Assembly (NCBI GenBank): GCA_963724295.1
Contig: CAVRUC010000002.1
Coordinates: forward strand, 1-64,000
Direction of reading: 5' to 3'
Length of the DNA stretch: 64,000 nucleotides
Source of the DNA: an uncultured Chloroflexia bacterium
Lineage (GTDB): Bacteria; Chloroflexota; Chloroflexia; Thermomicrobiales; UBA6265
This document shows, in pieces, positions 39,349 through 48,698 of this stretch (the stretch's first letter is position 1; every line of letters starts with the position of its first letter). A program made the translations under genes and the position numbers. The notes under the pieces are model-generated. The model had not been told where the DNA came from and did not search any database. It saw only the letters and a program-made list of their open reading frames with translations.

Positions 39349-39753
39349 CTACGCACTCAGGGGATGGGACGGGGCTGCTGCCTTCACGCACCCGGCCACG
39401 GCGGCGAGGAGTTCGTCGATCGCAAATGGTTTGGGCATAGTCACGTCAGCCAGAGCCTGCACGCGGTGCGCCGCCGGGGCCCCGGGTGCGAGGAAGCCAC
39501 TGCACACGAGGACCGGCAGCCGCGCCGTCCAACGCCAGGCGCGGATCGCTTCCAGCCAACCGTAGCCCTCGGGTTCGCCGCCCAGCATCAGGTCGAGGAT
39601 GACCACTGAGGGCCGGAGTTGCTGCACGTCGAGCGGCGCCACCGGGTGGTCGCTGGGCAGGACGTCGTACCCCTCGCCTTCCAGTGCCTCGCGGAGCATC
39701 TCGCGCAGTGCGGGGTCGTCCTCGATGAGCAGAACGCGAAGCGGTGCGCCCAC
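39349..39753 (-). CDS. Single-domain response regulator (receiver only)
   Basis: SD AAGGAG + GTG; VLLIEDD, VILDLML, VCSG and KPF. Confidence 0.9.
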   Translation of the reverse strand: MGAPLRVLLIEDDPALREMLREALEGEGYDVLPSDHPVAPLDVQQLRPSVVILDLMLGGEPEGYGWLEAIRAWRWTARLPVLVCSGFLAPGAPAAHRVQALADVTMPKPFAIDELLAAVAGCVKAAAPSHPLSA

Positions 39754-40007
39754 CCGTGTCTCCTTCTTCGCTGTCCCGCTGGTGACCGGTCAGGGACCGG
39801 CTCTAGCTCATCCCCGACGCTCTGAGTGCCGGCTCACGAGAACTGCATACCGCGTGCCAGGCGCAATCAGCACCACCGCGGTCGTCGACACGCGCATCCG
39901 GTCTTCATGACCATTGGTGAGTCGTGCCACCATGGGCTGCCGCCCAGCGTGCTACACTAGCCATAACGCACGCAACTGAGCGCGCATCGTCCCGCGCCCC
40001 AGCGGGA

Positions 40008-40026
40008 CCCCCCCCCCCCCCCCCCC
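40008..40026. repeat. C19 homopolymer tract
   Basis: 19 consecutive C between the divergent receiver genes. Confidence 0.9.
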
Positions 40027-40109
40027 ACTGTCGCCGCCTCTTGGGGAGCGTCGATGGCCCACTCGGACCTGTTCGGTCCGTGGCCTGCAGGCACCTGAAA
40101 GGCAGCGCT

Positions 40110-40544
40110 GTGACCGCCGATGGTCGTCAGCCACATATCCTCATCATCAACGACACCCAGGAGATCCTCGACCTGATGCAGGAACTGCTCGAGGACGAAG
40201 GATATCGGGTCACCACCTCGCTGGCCCTCCTCGACATCGACAAGGTCAAGGCGCTCGCGCCCGACATCATGATCCAGGACCTGCTCTTCGAGGGCACCCA
40301 GGAGCTGGGCTGGAAGTTCCTGACGCTGGCGCGGCTCGATCCGGTGCTGGCCCGCGTCCCGCTGGTGCTCTGCACTGCGGCGGTGCGCACAGTCAACGAC
40401 CCGGAGATGGCCGAGCAGCTGGACCGGCAGGGGATCCGCGTCGTCCTCAAACCGTTCACCATCGAAGACCTGCTGACCACGCTGGACGAGGTCCGCACCG
40501 CCCAGTCCCTGATCAACCAGGTCGCCGACGGCCGGGAGCGCTGA
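40110..40544 (+). CDS. Single-domain response regulator (receiver only)
   Basis: ILIINDT, IQDLL, LCTA and KPFTIEDL. Confidence 0.9.
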   Translation: MTADGRQPHILIINDTQEILDLMQELLEDEGYRVTTSLALLDIDKVKALAPDIMIQDLLFEGTQELGWKFLTLARLDPVLARVPLVLCTAAVRTVNDPEMAEQLDRQGIRVVLKPFTIEDLLTTLDEVRTAQSLINQVADGRER

Positions 40545-40547
40545 CCC

Positions 40548-40865
40548 GTGTTCGATGACCAGCGGCTGGCTGCTCTCAGCGCGGCAGGCGCCACGCGGCA
40601 GGCGACGGCACTCGAGGCTCATCTGCTCCCTGATGGGCACGTCGCCCTCCCTGGCGCAGAGCCTGATCCGGCCGCGACCTGGCAGATCCTGGGCTGCACG
40701 CCGCATGAAGGGTGTGTGGTGCGCGCCGAGGTGGCCGGGGCGTGCTGGGTCACGCGTATCGAGCAAGCATGGCTGGCGCGGCAGGACCGCGAGGTGCGCG
40801 TGACCCTCGAGCGCCAGAGCGATCCCCAGCGGGAGCCGCTCCTCGGCTGGATCCTCTTCTGCTGA
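40548..40865 (+). CDS. Hypothetical protein
   Basis: Starts 3 nt after the receiver gene on the same strand, with plausible codon usage. Confidence 0.5.
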   Translation: MFDDQRLAALSAAGATRQATALEAHLLPDGHVALPGAEPDPAATWQILGCTPHEGCVVRAEVAGACWVTRIEQAWLARQDREVRVTLERQSDPQREPLLGWILFC

Positions 40866-40877
40866 GAGCGGGACCTG

Positions 40878-41000
40878 GGGTGATGGGTGATTACTCCCTT
40901 CGGTCGTGGTGGCGGGGTGGCAGGGTGGCGGGGTCATCGTTCTCCCGGCCACTCCGCCACCCCGCCACCCTGCCACCCATCACCCGTCACCCATCACCCC
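40878..41000. repeat. Palindromic intergenic repeat, family 1 (GGGTGAT/GGGTGGC units)
   Basis: GGGTGATGGGTGATTACTCCCTTCGGTCGTGG..GGGGTGGCAGGGTGGCGGGG..CCGCCACCCTGCCACCCATCACCC. Shares modules with 41351, 43725 and 55016. Confidence 0.85.
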
Positions 41001-41035
41001 GGGAGCGGTAGAGTTCGCCGCGAGAGGAGGACGTC

Positions 41036-41329
41036 ATGCCGACCTACATCGTTCTCGGCAATTACACCGAGCAGGGTGTCCGCAACATCAGGCGGTTGGC
41101 TGACCTACGCCAGGCCGCCGAGCAGTGGACGGAGGCCCAGGGCGGCCGGGTCGTGGCCAACTACACCACGCTGGGGCCATACGACTTCGTCTTCATCGTC
41201 GAGCTGCCGAGCCCGGACGTAGCGCTGGAGGGGGCATTCCTCTTCGGCAGTCAGGGCGATGTCCGCACCCAGACCCTGATGGCCTTCCCGGCTCAGACAG
41301 CCGAGTCCATCGCCCGGCGCCTGCCCTAG
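41036..41329 (+). CDS. GYD domain protein
   Basis: SD GGAGG; MPTYIVLGNYTEQG..TLGPYDFVFIVELP..GDVRTQTLMAF. Confidence 0.9.
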   Translation: MPTYIVLGNYTEQGVRNIRRLADLRQAAEQWTEAQGGRVVANYTTLGPYDFVFIVELPSPDVALEGAFLFGSQGDVRTQTLMAFPAQTAESIARRLP

Positions 41330-41350
41330 TGTGGCCACACCGACCGGCGC

Positions 41351-41460
41351 CGGGGTGATAGGGTGGCAGGGTGGCGGGGAGACGTTGCTCCTGCCACCCT
41401 ATCACCGTGAGCGCAGCGAACACCCACCTTTTGACCATGAGCGAAGCGAGTAATCAACCC
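41351..41460. repeat. Palindromic intergenic repeat, family 1
   Basis: GGTGATAGGGTGGCAGG..CCTGCCACCCTATCACC stem, then GTGAGCGCAGCGAAC and GAGCGAAGCGAGTAATCA. Confidence 0.85.
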
Positions 41461-41466
41461 GGCCGC

Positions 41467-42129
41467 ATGAACGAGACCCTGGGCGAGAAGAGTGGCCTGC
41501 CGATCATGGCGTTTCCATCGCGGGACGCATGGGCAGCGTGGCTGGACGAGCACCACACGGACCCCACTGGCGTCTGGCTGGCTCTTCTAAAGAAGGGCGC
41601 CGGCGAGGCGGGCGTCTCGTATAGCGACGCCGTGGAGGTGGCTCTCTGTTACGGCTGGATCGATGGCCAGGCAGGGAAGCTCAACGACCGCTTCTGGCTG
41701 CAGCGGTTCACCCCTCGCCGGGCAAAGAGCATCTGGTCACGCGTCAACCGGGACAGGGCGCTGGCGCTGATGGCGCGAGGCGAGATGCAGCCGGCCGGGC
41801 TGCGGGAGGTCGAGCGCGCGCAGGCTGATGGCCGCTGGCAGGCGGCCTACGAGCCTCCCAGCACGATGGAGGTCCCGGACGACCTGCGGCAGGCCCTGGC
41901 CGCCAACCCGGCCGCCGCGGAGGCCTTTGCCGCGCTCAATCGCACCAACCGCTACTCGATCCTCCACCGCATCCACGCCGCGAAGAAACCTGAAACGCGA
42001 ACCCGGCGCATCGAGACCTTCGTGGCAATGCTCGCCGAGGGAAACACCCCTCTCCACGACACGCGTGACACATCGTTGCAGTCAGGCGTGGCAGAGCGAG
42101 GCGCGGGGGACGGTTCCAGCTCGGATTAG
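41467..42129 (+). CDS. YdeI/OmpD-associated family protein
   Basis: ALCYGWIDG, RFTPRRAKSIWSRVN, VPDDL and AKKPETRTRRI. Alternative start at 41437. Confidence 0.92.
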   Translation: MNETLGEKSGLPIMAFPSRDAWAAWLDEHHTDPTGVWLALLKKGAGEAGVSYSDAVEVALCYGWIDGQAGKLNDRFWLQRFTPRRAKSIWSRVNRDRALALMARGEMQPAGLREVERAQADGRWQAAYEPPSTMEVPDDLRQALAANPAAAEAFAALNRTNRYSILHRIHAAKKPETRTRRIETFVAMLAEGNTPLHDTRDTSLQSGVAERGAGDGSSSD

Positions 42130-42267
42130 GCGCTCACCTCCTGGAGGGCGAAGAGGGGCGGTTGCGCCGCACCATGCGGGCGCGACACATAGCTGCCAGC
42201 CGCGCCGGTGACGCGCCGGCTGGACGCGCGGCACGGAGCCGAGACCGGGTCAAGAAAGGGGTGGTAT

Positions 42268-43730
42268 ATGGCCGGCCATGCGGTGGTGGTTGCCGGCGGC
42301 GGCCCGACTGGGTTGATGTTGGCGGGCGAGCTGGCGTCGGCGGGGGTCGACGTCGCCATCGTCGAGCGGCGCGCCAGCCAGGATCTCGTCGGCTCGCGCG
42401 CGGGCGGTCTGCACGCACGCACCATCGAGGTCTTCGATATGCGCGGCATCGCGGACCGCTTCCTGTCGCAGGGGCAGGTGGGGCAGATTGCGGGATTCGC
42501 CTGGGTCCCGTTGGACATCAGCGACTTCCCGACCCGGCACAATTACGGGCTCGCCCTGTGGCAGGCCCACATCGAGCGCATCCTGGCCGGCTGGGTCGTC
42601 GAGCTGGGGGTTCCGATCTCTCGCGGCCGTGAGGTGACGGGTTTCGCCCAGGACGATACCGGCGTGGACATCGCGCTCGCCGGCAGTGAGTCGCTACGGG
42701 CGGAGTATCTCGTCGGGTGCGATGGAGGTCGCAGTCTGGTCCGGAAGGCAGCCGGTATCGAGTTCCCGGGGTGGGATCCGACAACCAGCCACCTGATCGC
42801 CGAGGTCGAGGTCGACCAGGAGCCGGAATGGGGCATGCGCCACGACGAGAAGGGCATCCATGGCTTGTCCCGGTTGGAGGAGGGACCGGTGCGGGTCATG
42901 GTCACCGAACAGCACCTGGGACACACCAGCGAACCGACCCTGCGCGATCTCAGCGAGGCGCTCATCGCCGTCTACGGGACCGATTACGGCATCCACTCTC
43001 CCACCTCGATCTCCCGGTTCACCGATATGACCCGGCAGGCCGCGGCCTACCGCGAGAGGCGGGTGCTGCTGGCCGGCGACGCCGCGCACGTGCATTACCC
43101 GACCGGTGGCCAGGGTCTTCAAACCGGTGTGCAGGATGCGGTGAACCTGGGCTGGAAGCTGGCCCAGGTGGTCAAGGGCGTGTCGCCGGAGAGCCTGCTG
43201 GATACCTACCACGCCGAGCGCCACCCGGTCGCTGCCCGCGTGCTGCACAACACGATGGCACAGACCGCGCTGCTGCGCTCCGATGACCGCAGCAAGGCGG
43301 CACGCGAGGCCATGTCCGAGCTCCTCGGCATGGACGAGCCGCGCAAGCGGTTCGCCGCGGATGATGACCGGTCTGGACATTCACTACGACCTCGGTGAGG
43401 GGCACCCGCTGCTCGGACGCCGCATGCCCGATCTCGACCTGGTCACCGCCAACGGCCCGCTACGGCTCTTCACCCTGCTGCACGAGGCCCGGCCCGTGCT
43501 GCTCAACCTCGGTGAGCCCGCCGGCCCCGACATCACGCCATGGGCGGATCGGGTGCAGGTCGATCGACGCCTCATATGCCGGTCCATGGGAGCTGCCGGT
43601 CCTGGGCCAGGTCGCCGCCCCCGCTGCCGTGCTGATCCGACCCGATGGCTACGTCGCCTGGGTGGGGGACGGCGCCGATACCGGTTTGCGCGAGGCGCTG
43701 ACGACCTGGTTCGGGCCGCCAAGCGGGTGA
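42268..43730 (+). CDS. FAD-dependent monooxygenase (rifampin monooxygenase-like; apparent frameshifts near 43360 and 43562)
   Basis: GGGPTG, VGCDGGRS and LAGDAAHVHYPTGGQG. Continues in other frames as GLDIHYDLGEGHPLLGRRMPD and WELPVLG..LIRPDGYVAW..WFG. Confidence 0.88.
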
Positions 43731-43858
43731 TGGGTGATGGGTGTCGGGTGATGGGGCGATAGGAGAAACGAGAGCGAACTTCCTATAACCCTATGACCAC
43801 GAGCGGAGCGAGTAATCACCCATCACCCATCACCGTGAGCATAGCGAACCCTCACCCC
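43725..43858. repeat. Palindromic intergenic repeat, family 1, between convergent genes
   Basis: GGGTGATGGGTGATGGG..CCACGAGCGGAGCGAGTAATCACCCATCACCCATCACCGTGAGCATAGCGAACCCTCACCC. Both flanking stop codons lie in GGGTGA units. Confidence 0.85.
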
Positions 43859-44190
43859 GTCGCCCTCGTCAGCGGCAGCGATTGGCCAGTGCGCTCGGCC
43901 TGGCGGAGGAGCGCGTGAGCGAGGGCAAAGGCGAGGGCCACGTCGGCTGTCCACCCCGACTTGGTGCCCAGGGGCTGGGTCGCCCCGTCCCGTTGGGGCC
44001 GGATCTCGGCCTGGAAGCTGCCGGCCCAGCGATCGATGCGGTAGGCCCAGCCGCGGGCGTAGACCGCCGCGGCAAGCGTGGTCATGTCATAGCCGGATGG
44101 CGCCGCCGCGACTCCGGACGCGGCAAGAACCTGCTGGGCTTCCAGCAACTCGCGCTGGTCATCGTCGTTTGGATAGTGCTCCAGCGTCAT
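43852..44190 (-). CDS. Hypothetical protein
   Basis: SD GAGGAGAGG precedes the ATG; 112 aa with plausible composition. Confidence 0.6.
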   Translation of the reverse strand: MTLEHYPNDDDQRELLEAQQVLAASGVAAAPSGYDMTTLAAAVYARGWAYRIDRWAGSFQAEIRPQRDGATQPLGTKSGWTADVALAFALAHALLRQAERTGQSLPLTRATG

Positions 44191-44627
44191 ACCCTCTCCT
44201 CATTCCAGGCCAGCAAGCGGTCAGCGATCAGCGTTTGCGGGTGGCCATCGTGGAATCGCATGGCTTTAGGTTTCGGCGGGATTCCCACGTGATCTGACCT
44301 GCTTCGCACGAACCGAACCATCGTCAGGCGGACGGTGCCAAACACCCTGGGTCAACTCGGTCGCCGCTGACCGGGGAACGGCTGTCCGTCAGTCCGCATT
44401 CGCCAATCCGCTCGCAGAATTGGTGTAAGCGTGGACCGCGATCGGCGGCCGCATGCTCGGCCGCGGACACCGGCTCGGGCGGTGGTCGAGCACATGCCGG
44501 TGAGCGCCAGGGATCCGTCCATCACCAGCGCGGCACGATCCGCGACAGGTGCCGATCCCATCGTGCCCAGGGGTGCGGGCAGGGGCGCGCGATGTCATCC
44601 CGGACCGGATGCACCGTCCAATAAAAT

Positions 44628-44656
44628 GTGACGTTTGTCCAGTAACATCGTACACT
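44628..44656 (+). promoter_or_regulatory. Sigma70-type promoter, probably for a leaderless transcript
   Basis: GTGACG-N17-TACACT, with the ATG 6 nt after the -10 box and no SD. Confidence 0.55.
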
Positions 44657-44662
44657 TCGCAC

Positions 44663-45238
44663 ATGAGGATGGTCAAGGCCGGCGAGACGGCGAGTAGCGA
44701 GCAGCAGGTCGGCGACCATCTCCGGGACGTGCGGACGCGGCAGGGGTTCTCGGTGCGTGCCCTGGCGGCGCGCGCCGGATGTTCGCCGAGCTTTATCTCC
44801 CAGGTCGAGCACGGTCAGGCCTCGCCCTCGATCTCATCCCTGGAGCGGCTGGTGCAGGCCCTCGGGATGACCCTGGGCGACTTTTTCCGCGCGGCCACGC
44901 CGCCATCGGTGGTGCGCTCACACGAACGCGCGCCGCTGACCGGCTCGTGGTCCGGCGCGCGGATCGAGACGCTCGCTCCGTCCGGAGTGGCCAACGCGCT
45001 CGAGCCGCTGATGATCACCCTGGAGCCGGGTGGGCAAAGCAGCAGTCCGCCCTACGCTCGTGACGGTGAGTCGTTCGTCTTCGTGTGCGAGGGAGACGTG
45101 CTGCTGACCCTGGGTGATGCCACCCATCGCCTCAGCCGGGGCGACGCGGCGACATTCTCGAGCGAGACCCCGCATCGCTGGGAGAACGCCGGCCGGGAAC
45201 TCGCGCGCATGGTCGTGGTCTCCGCCCGCGCGCGGTGA
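44663..45238 (+). CDS. XRE-family HTH / cupin transcriptional regulator
   Basis: LAARAGCSPSFISQVEHGQASPSISSL and cupin GESFVFVCEG..PHRWEN. Confidence 0.92.
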   Translation: MRMVKAGETASSEQQVGDHLRDVRTRQGFSVRALAARAGCSPSFISQVEHGQASPSISSLERLVQALGMTLGDFFRAATPPSVVRSHERAPLTGSWSGARIETLAPSGVANALEPLMITLEPGGQSSSPPYARDGESFVFVCEGDVLLTLGDATHRLSRGDAATFSSETPHRWENAGRELARMVVVSARAR

Positions 45239-45307
45239 CCGCTCGCCGTTGACTCCTGAACGCAAACGTGAACTTGCAGGTGCAGATACACCGATGAAAG
45301 GATCCTC

Positions 45308-46927
45308 GTGATCGCGCAGCTTCAAGTCGAGCAGACGACCGGCAGCGACCTGGCCCTCGAGGCCGAGGCGGCCCGCCGCCGCACATTCGCCATCATCTCG
45401 CACCCGGATGCGGGCAAGACCACCCTGACCGAGAAGCTGCTGCTCTATGCCGGCGCGGTCGAGCTGGCCGGGTCCGTGCGCGCCCGCGCCAACGGCCGAC
45501 ACTCCACCGCCGACTGGCTGGCGATCGAGCGCGAACGCGGCATCACGGTGACCTCGACGGCACTGCAGTTCGATCATCTCGGCTGCCGCTTCAATCTCCT
45601 CGACACGCCCGGCCACCGGGATTTCTCGGAGGACACCTATCGCACGCTCCTCGCCGCCGATGGGGCGGTGATGGTGCTCGACGCGGCTCGTGGCATCCAG
45701 CAGCAGACGTTGAAGCTGTTCGAGGTCTGCCGCCGGCAGCGCCTGCCGATCGTCACCTTCATCAACAAGCTCGACCAGCCGGGCCGCGAGCCGCTGGAGC
45801 TGCTCGACGAGATCGAGCGCTCCCTCGGGCTGACCACCGCGCCGCTGAGCTGGCCGATCGGCGACGGCCCGGACTTCCAGGGGGTCTACGATCTGCGCCA
45901 GCGCAGCCTGCACCGCTTCGAGCGGACGGAGCGCGGCCAGCGCCGGGCGCCGGTCGTGACCGGAGCGCTCGACGACGCGATGTGGTCGTCCCTGCTCGGG
46001 GAGACCGCCTGGCACCGGTTGCGCGAGGAGGTGGCGCTGGTGACGGAGGTCGGCGGCGCCTTCGACCTCGACCGCTTCCTGGCCGGCGATCAGACGCCGG
46101 TCCTGTTCGGCAGCGCGCTGACGAACTTTGGCATCGGACCCTTCCTCGATGCCCTGGCCGAGCTGCTGCCGGCGCCCGGTCCGCGCGCCAGCGATCGCGG
46201 CCTGGTGCCGCCGGATGATCCCGATTTCTCCGGCTTCATCTTCAAGATCCAGGCGAACATGGACCCGCGACACCGCGACCGGATGGCGTTCCTGCGCGTC
46301 TGCTCCGGGCGCTTCGAAAAGGACATGGAGGTCTTCAACCCGCGCCTGGGGCGGACGGTCCGCCTCACCCGCCCGCACCGCCTCTTCGGTCAGGACCGGG
46401 AGACGGTCGAGGAGGCATACCCCGGCGACGTGGTCGGGCTGGTCAATCCGGGTCTCTTCGCCATCGGCGACACGCTCTGCGCGGGCGAGCCGGTCCAGTA
46501 CACGCCGGTGCCGCGCTTCCCGCCGGAGTGCTTCGCTCGCATCGAGAACCGCAGCACCGGGCGACACAAGCAGTTCCACGCCGGTCTGGCGCAGCTGGAA
46601 GAAGAAGGCGCCATCCAGGTCCTCTTCTCGATCGACGGCGCCCGCGAGCCGATCCTGGCCGCGGTCGGTGATCTCCAGCTCGACGTCACCGCCGCCCGCC
46701 TGCGTGGCGAGTACGGGGTCGAGACCGATGTCAACCGGCTCCCCTACGAAACCGCGCTCTGGGTGGAGGGCGCCGGTGATGGCGGCAAAGGCCTCAACTG
46801 GCCGACGCGCGACGCGCTGCGTACCGAGGACCGCGACGGCCGCCTGGTCGCCCTCTTCGCCTCCGACTGGGTTCGCCGCTACACCGAAGAGAAGAACCCG
46901 GGGGTGGTGTTCCGGGCGATGGGGTAA
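45308..46927 (+). CDS. prfC: Peptide chain release factor 3
   Basis: RRRTFAIISHPDAGKTTLTEKLLL, ERERGIT, DTPGHRDFSEDTYR, NKLD and FKIQANMDPRHRDR. Confidence 0.97.
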   Translation: MIAQLQVEQTTGSDLALEAEAARRRTFAIISHPDAGKTTLTEKLLLYAGAVELAGSVRARANGRHSTADWLAIERERGITVTSTALQFDHLGCRFNLLDTPGHRDFSEDTYRTLLAADGAVMVLDAARGIQQQTLKLFEVCRRQRLPIVTFINKLDQPGREPLELLDEIERSLGLTTAPLSWPIGDGPDFQGVYDLRQRSLHRFERTERGQRRAPVVTGALDDAMWSSLLGETAWHRLREEVALVTEVGGAFDLDRFLAGDQTPVLFGSALTNFGIGPFLDALAELLPAPGPRASDRGLVPPDDPDFSGFIFKIQANMDPRHRDRMAFLRVCSGRFEKDMEVFNPRLGRTVRLTRPHRLFGQDRETVEEAYPGDVVGLVNPGLFAIGDTLCAGEPVQYTPVPRFPPECFARIENRSTGRHKQFHAGLAQLEEEGAIQVLFSIDGAREPILAAVGDLQLDVTAARLRGEYGVETDVNRLPYETALWVEGAGDGGKGLNWPTRDALRTEDRDGRLVALFASDWVRRYTEEKNPGVVFRAMG

Positions 46928-46955
46928 AGGTTCCCCTAAATCCGTCAACCGCCAA

Positions 46956-47064
46956 CCCCTCATCCCCAGCCCTTCTCCCCTCGGAGCGGGGAGAAGGGGG
47001 AACGCTCGGCGGAGTGCGAGAGCCCCTCGCCCAGCGCACTGGGAGAGGGGGTTGGGGGTGAGGG
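46956..47064. repeat. REP-like inverted doublet (CCCTCAyCCCnnCCCTCTCCC..GGGAGAGGG type)
   Basis: CCCTCATCCCCAGCCCTTCTCCCC..GGGGAGAAGGGG and CCCCTCGCCCAG..CTGGGAGAGGGGGTTGGGGGTGAGGG in inverted orientation, between convergent genes. Confidence 0.8.
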
Positions 47065-47090
47065 CCGTCTTGCCGTCTCGCCGTCCCATC

Positions 47091-47475
47091 TCACTCGCCG
47101 TCATCCTCCGCGAACTGGAACAGCGAGCAGCCGCCGTCGACCAGGAGCACGCTGCCGGTCATGTAGTCGGCGGCGTCGGAGCAGAGGAAGGCCGTGGCGC
47201 GGGCGACCTGCGCGGTGGTCTGGAGCTCGCCCAGCGGGATGACGTGGCGGACGCGGCGAGCGTACTGCGGCTCGGTCTCCAACTGATGACGCGCCAGCCC
47301 GGCGTTGACGATGCCGGGGGCGATCACGTTGACGAGGATCTTGTGGGGAGCCAGCTCGCGGGCCATCGATCGCGCCAGCATGCGCACGCCGGCTTTGGTC
47401 GCCGAGTAGGCGGCGAGCTCGGGTCAGGGGACCTCCTGTACCCAGCTGCCGGGGAAGATGATGCCGCCCGGGGTG
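47091..47475 (-). pseudogene. 3' half of an SDR oxidoreductase with an in-frame stop
   Basis: GGIIFPGSWVQEVP*PELAAYSATKAG (YxxxK)..VNVIAPG..YMTGSVLLVDGG. The Rossmann N-terminus is absent. Confidence 0.85.
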
Positions 47476-47641
47476 CTCACGCACGGCCATGGCATTGCTC
47501 GTGTGACAGTCCTCGGCTGGGGGCGTTGCAGACCAGGGGGAGCAACGGCGAGCTCCGCCCGCGACCAATCCCGGCCATCGCACACCCGCACAGCACGTCG
47601 TGATGTACTTCGCACGGGACGGCAGCAGCGCGGGAGGGCCT

Positions 47642-48303
47642 ATGGACGGCAGGCGACATCCGGAGCACTACGAGCGGGGTAACGACCCGGCGCGGGTGCT
47701 GACCCTCAGTGACGGCGTCTTCGCCATCGTCCTCACCTTGCTCGTGCTGGAGATCCAGGTGCCCGACCTCGCCCAAGGGCAAACGCTGCGCGATGCGCTG
47801 CGGGAAGTCCGGCCCTCCTTCATCGCCTTCCTGATCAGCTTTGTCGTGGTGGCCATCGCCTGGGCCGGTCACCGCGACCTCTTCGCGCTGATCGGGCGCA
47901 CCGAGCCGCGTGCTGGTCTGGCTCAACATTCTCTACCTGCTGCCCTTGTCCATTCTGCCCTTTGGCGCCTCTCTCCTCGCCCGCTATACCGAAGAACCGG
48001 TCGCCCTCCAGATGTACGGCATCCTCCTCGTCGCGATTGCCCTGACGCGGCTGGTCATCTGGTGGTACGCGACCGGGCGGTCCGCATCTCCTGGTGGTCC
48101 CGGTGAGCGCGCGGTTCCGGCGGGACGGGGTCGTCATCGGGGCGGCCCCCGTGGCCATCAACGCGCTTGCCGTCGCCATCGCCGCCGAAGCCCCAACCAT
48201 CAGCCTGGTAATTTACGCGGCCGTGCCCATTCTCTACTTCATCGCGATCACGCGTGCGCGCACCATCGCGCCGCCGGGATCGGCCGAGCATGACTTGACA
48301 TGA
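47642..48303 (+). CDS. TMEM175 (DUF1211) family potassium channel (apparent frameshifts near 47905 and 48085)
   Basis: RVLTLSDGVFAIVLTLLVLEI..WAGHRDLF, followed by LVWLNILYLL..LPF in the next frame. Confidence 0.85.
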
Positions 48304-48537
48304 GCAAGAGCAATCGCGCGTCGAGCACGATTGCTGGACGTCGCTGACAAGTCCGCCCTGGAGCGGTCGCTGGAGTGACAAGGACTCGCGCTAGGGCGGC
48401 AGGTGGCCGTGGGGATCCCGCCGTACTGCCCCCTGCCCCGAGCACTGGACAGCATCGAACGGTAATTGCCGAGAGTTGGAAGGCTCTCCGAGCAGGGTCA
48501 TCGTGGACCATGCGCCAGCATGCCGTCGCCGGCCAAT

Positions 48538-48566
48538 TGTCGATTTCGAGCCTGACCGAACGACTA
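48538..48566 (+). promoter_or_regulatory. ECF42-type promoter (TGTCGA-N17-CGAC) upstream of the hydrolase-PNPOx-DHFR-like operon
   Basis: TGTCGATTTCGAGCCTGACCGAACGACTA, with the same spacing as the copies at 14075 and 22076. Confidence 0.6.
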
Positions 48567-48698
48567 ACTCATGTCACCGCGTTGGCGGTGACCCGCGAGA
48601 TGCCGGCGTGTGCCGGTGTCACCTGCCATGACGCTCTGCCCGGCAGGGAGCGAGGCGACTTCGAACGCGGCAGCCCGACAATAGGAAAGGTTGAGATT

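Noticed and set aside
44918..47104. 728 aa ORF antisense to prfC, and similar long shadow ORFs (5822-7141, 14935-16428, 46128-47603, 52274-53404, 61816-63318)
   Set aside because: They overlap well-supported genes and have no recognisable motifs. Long open shadow frames are expected in high-GC coding DNA.
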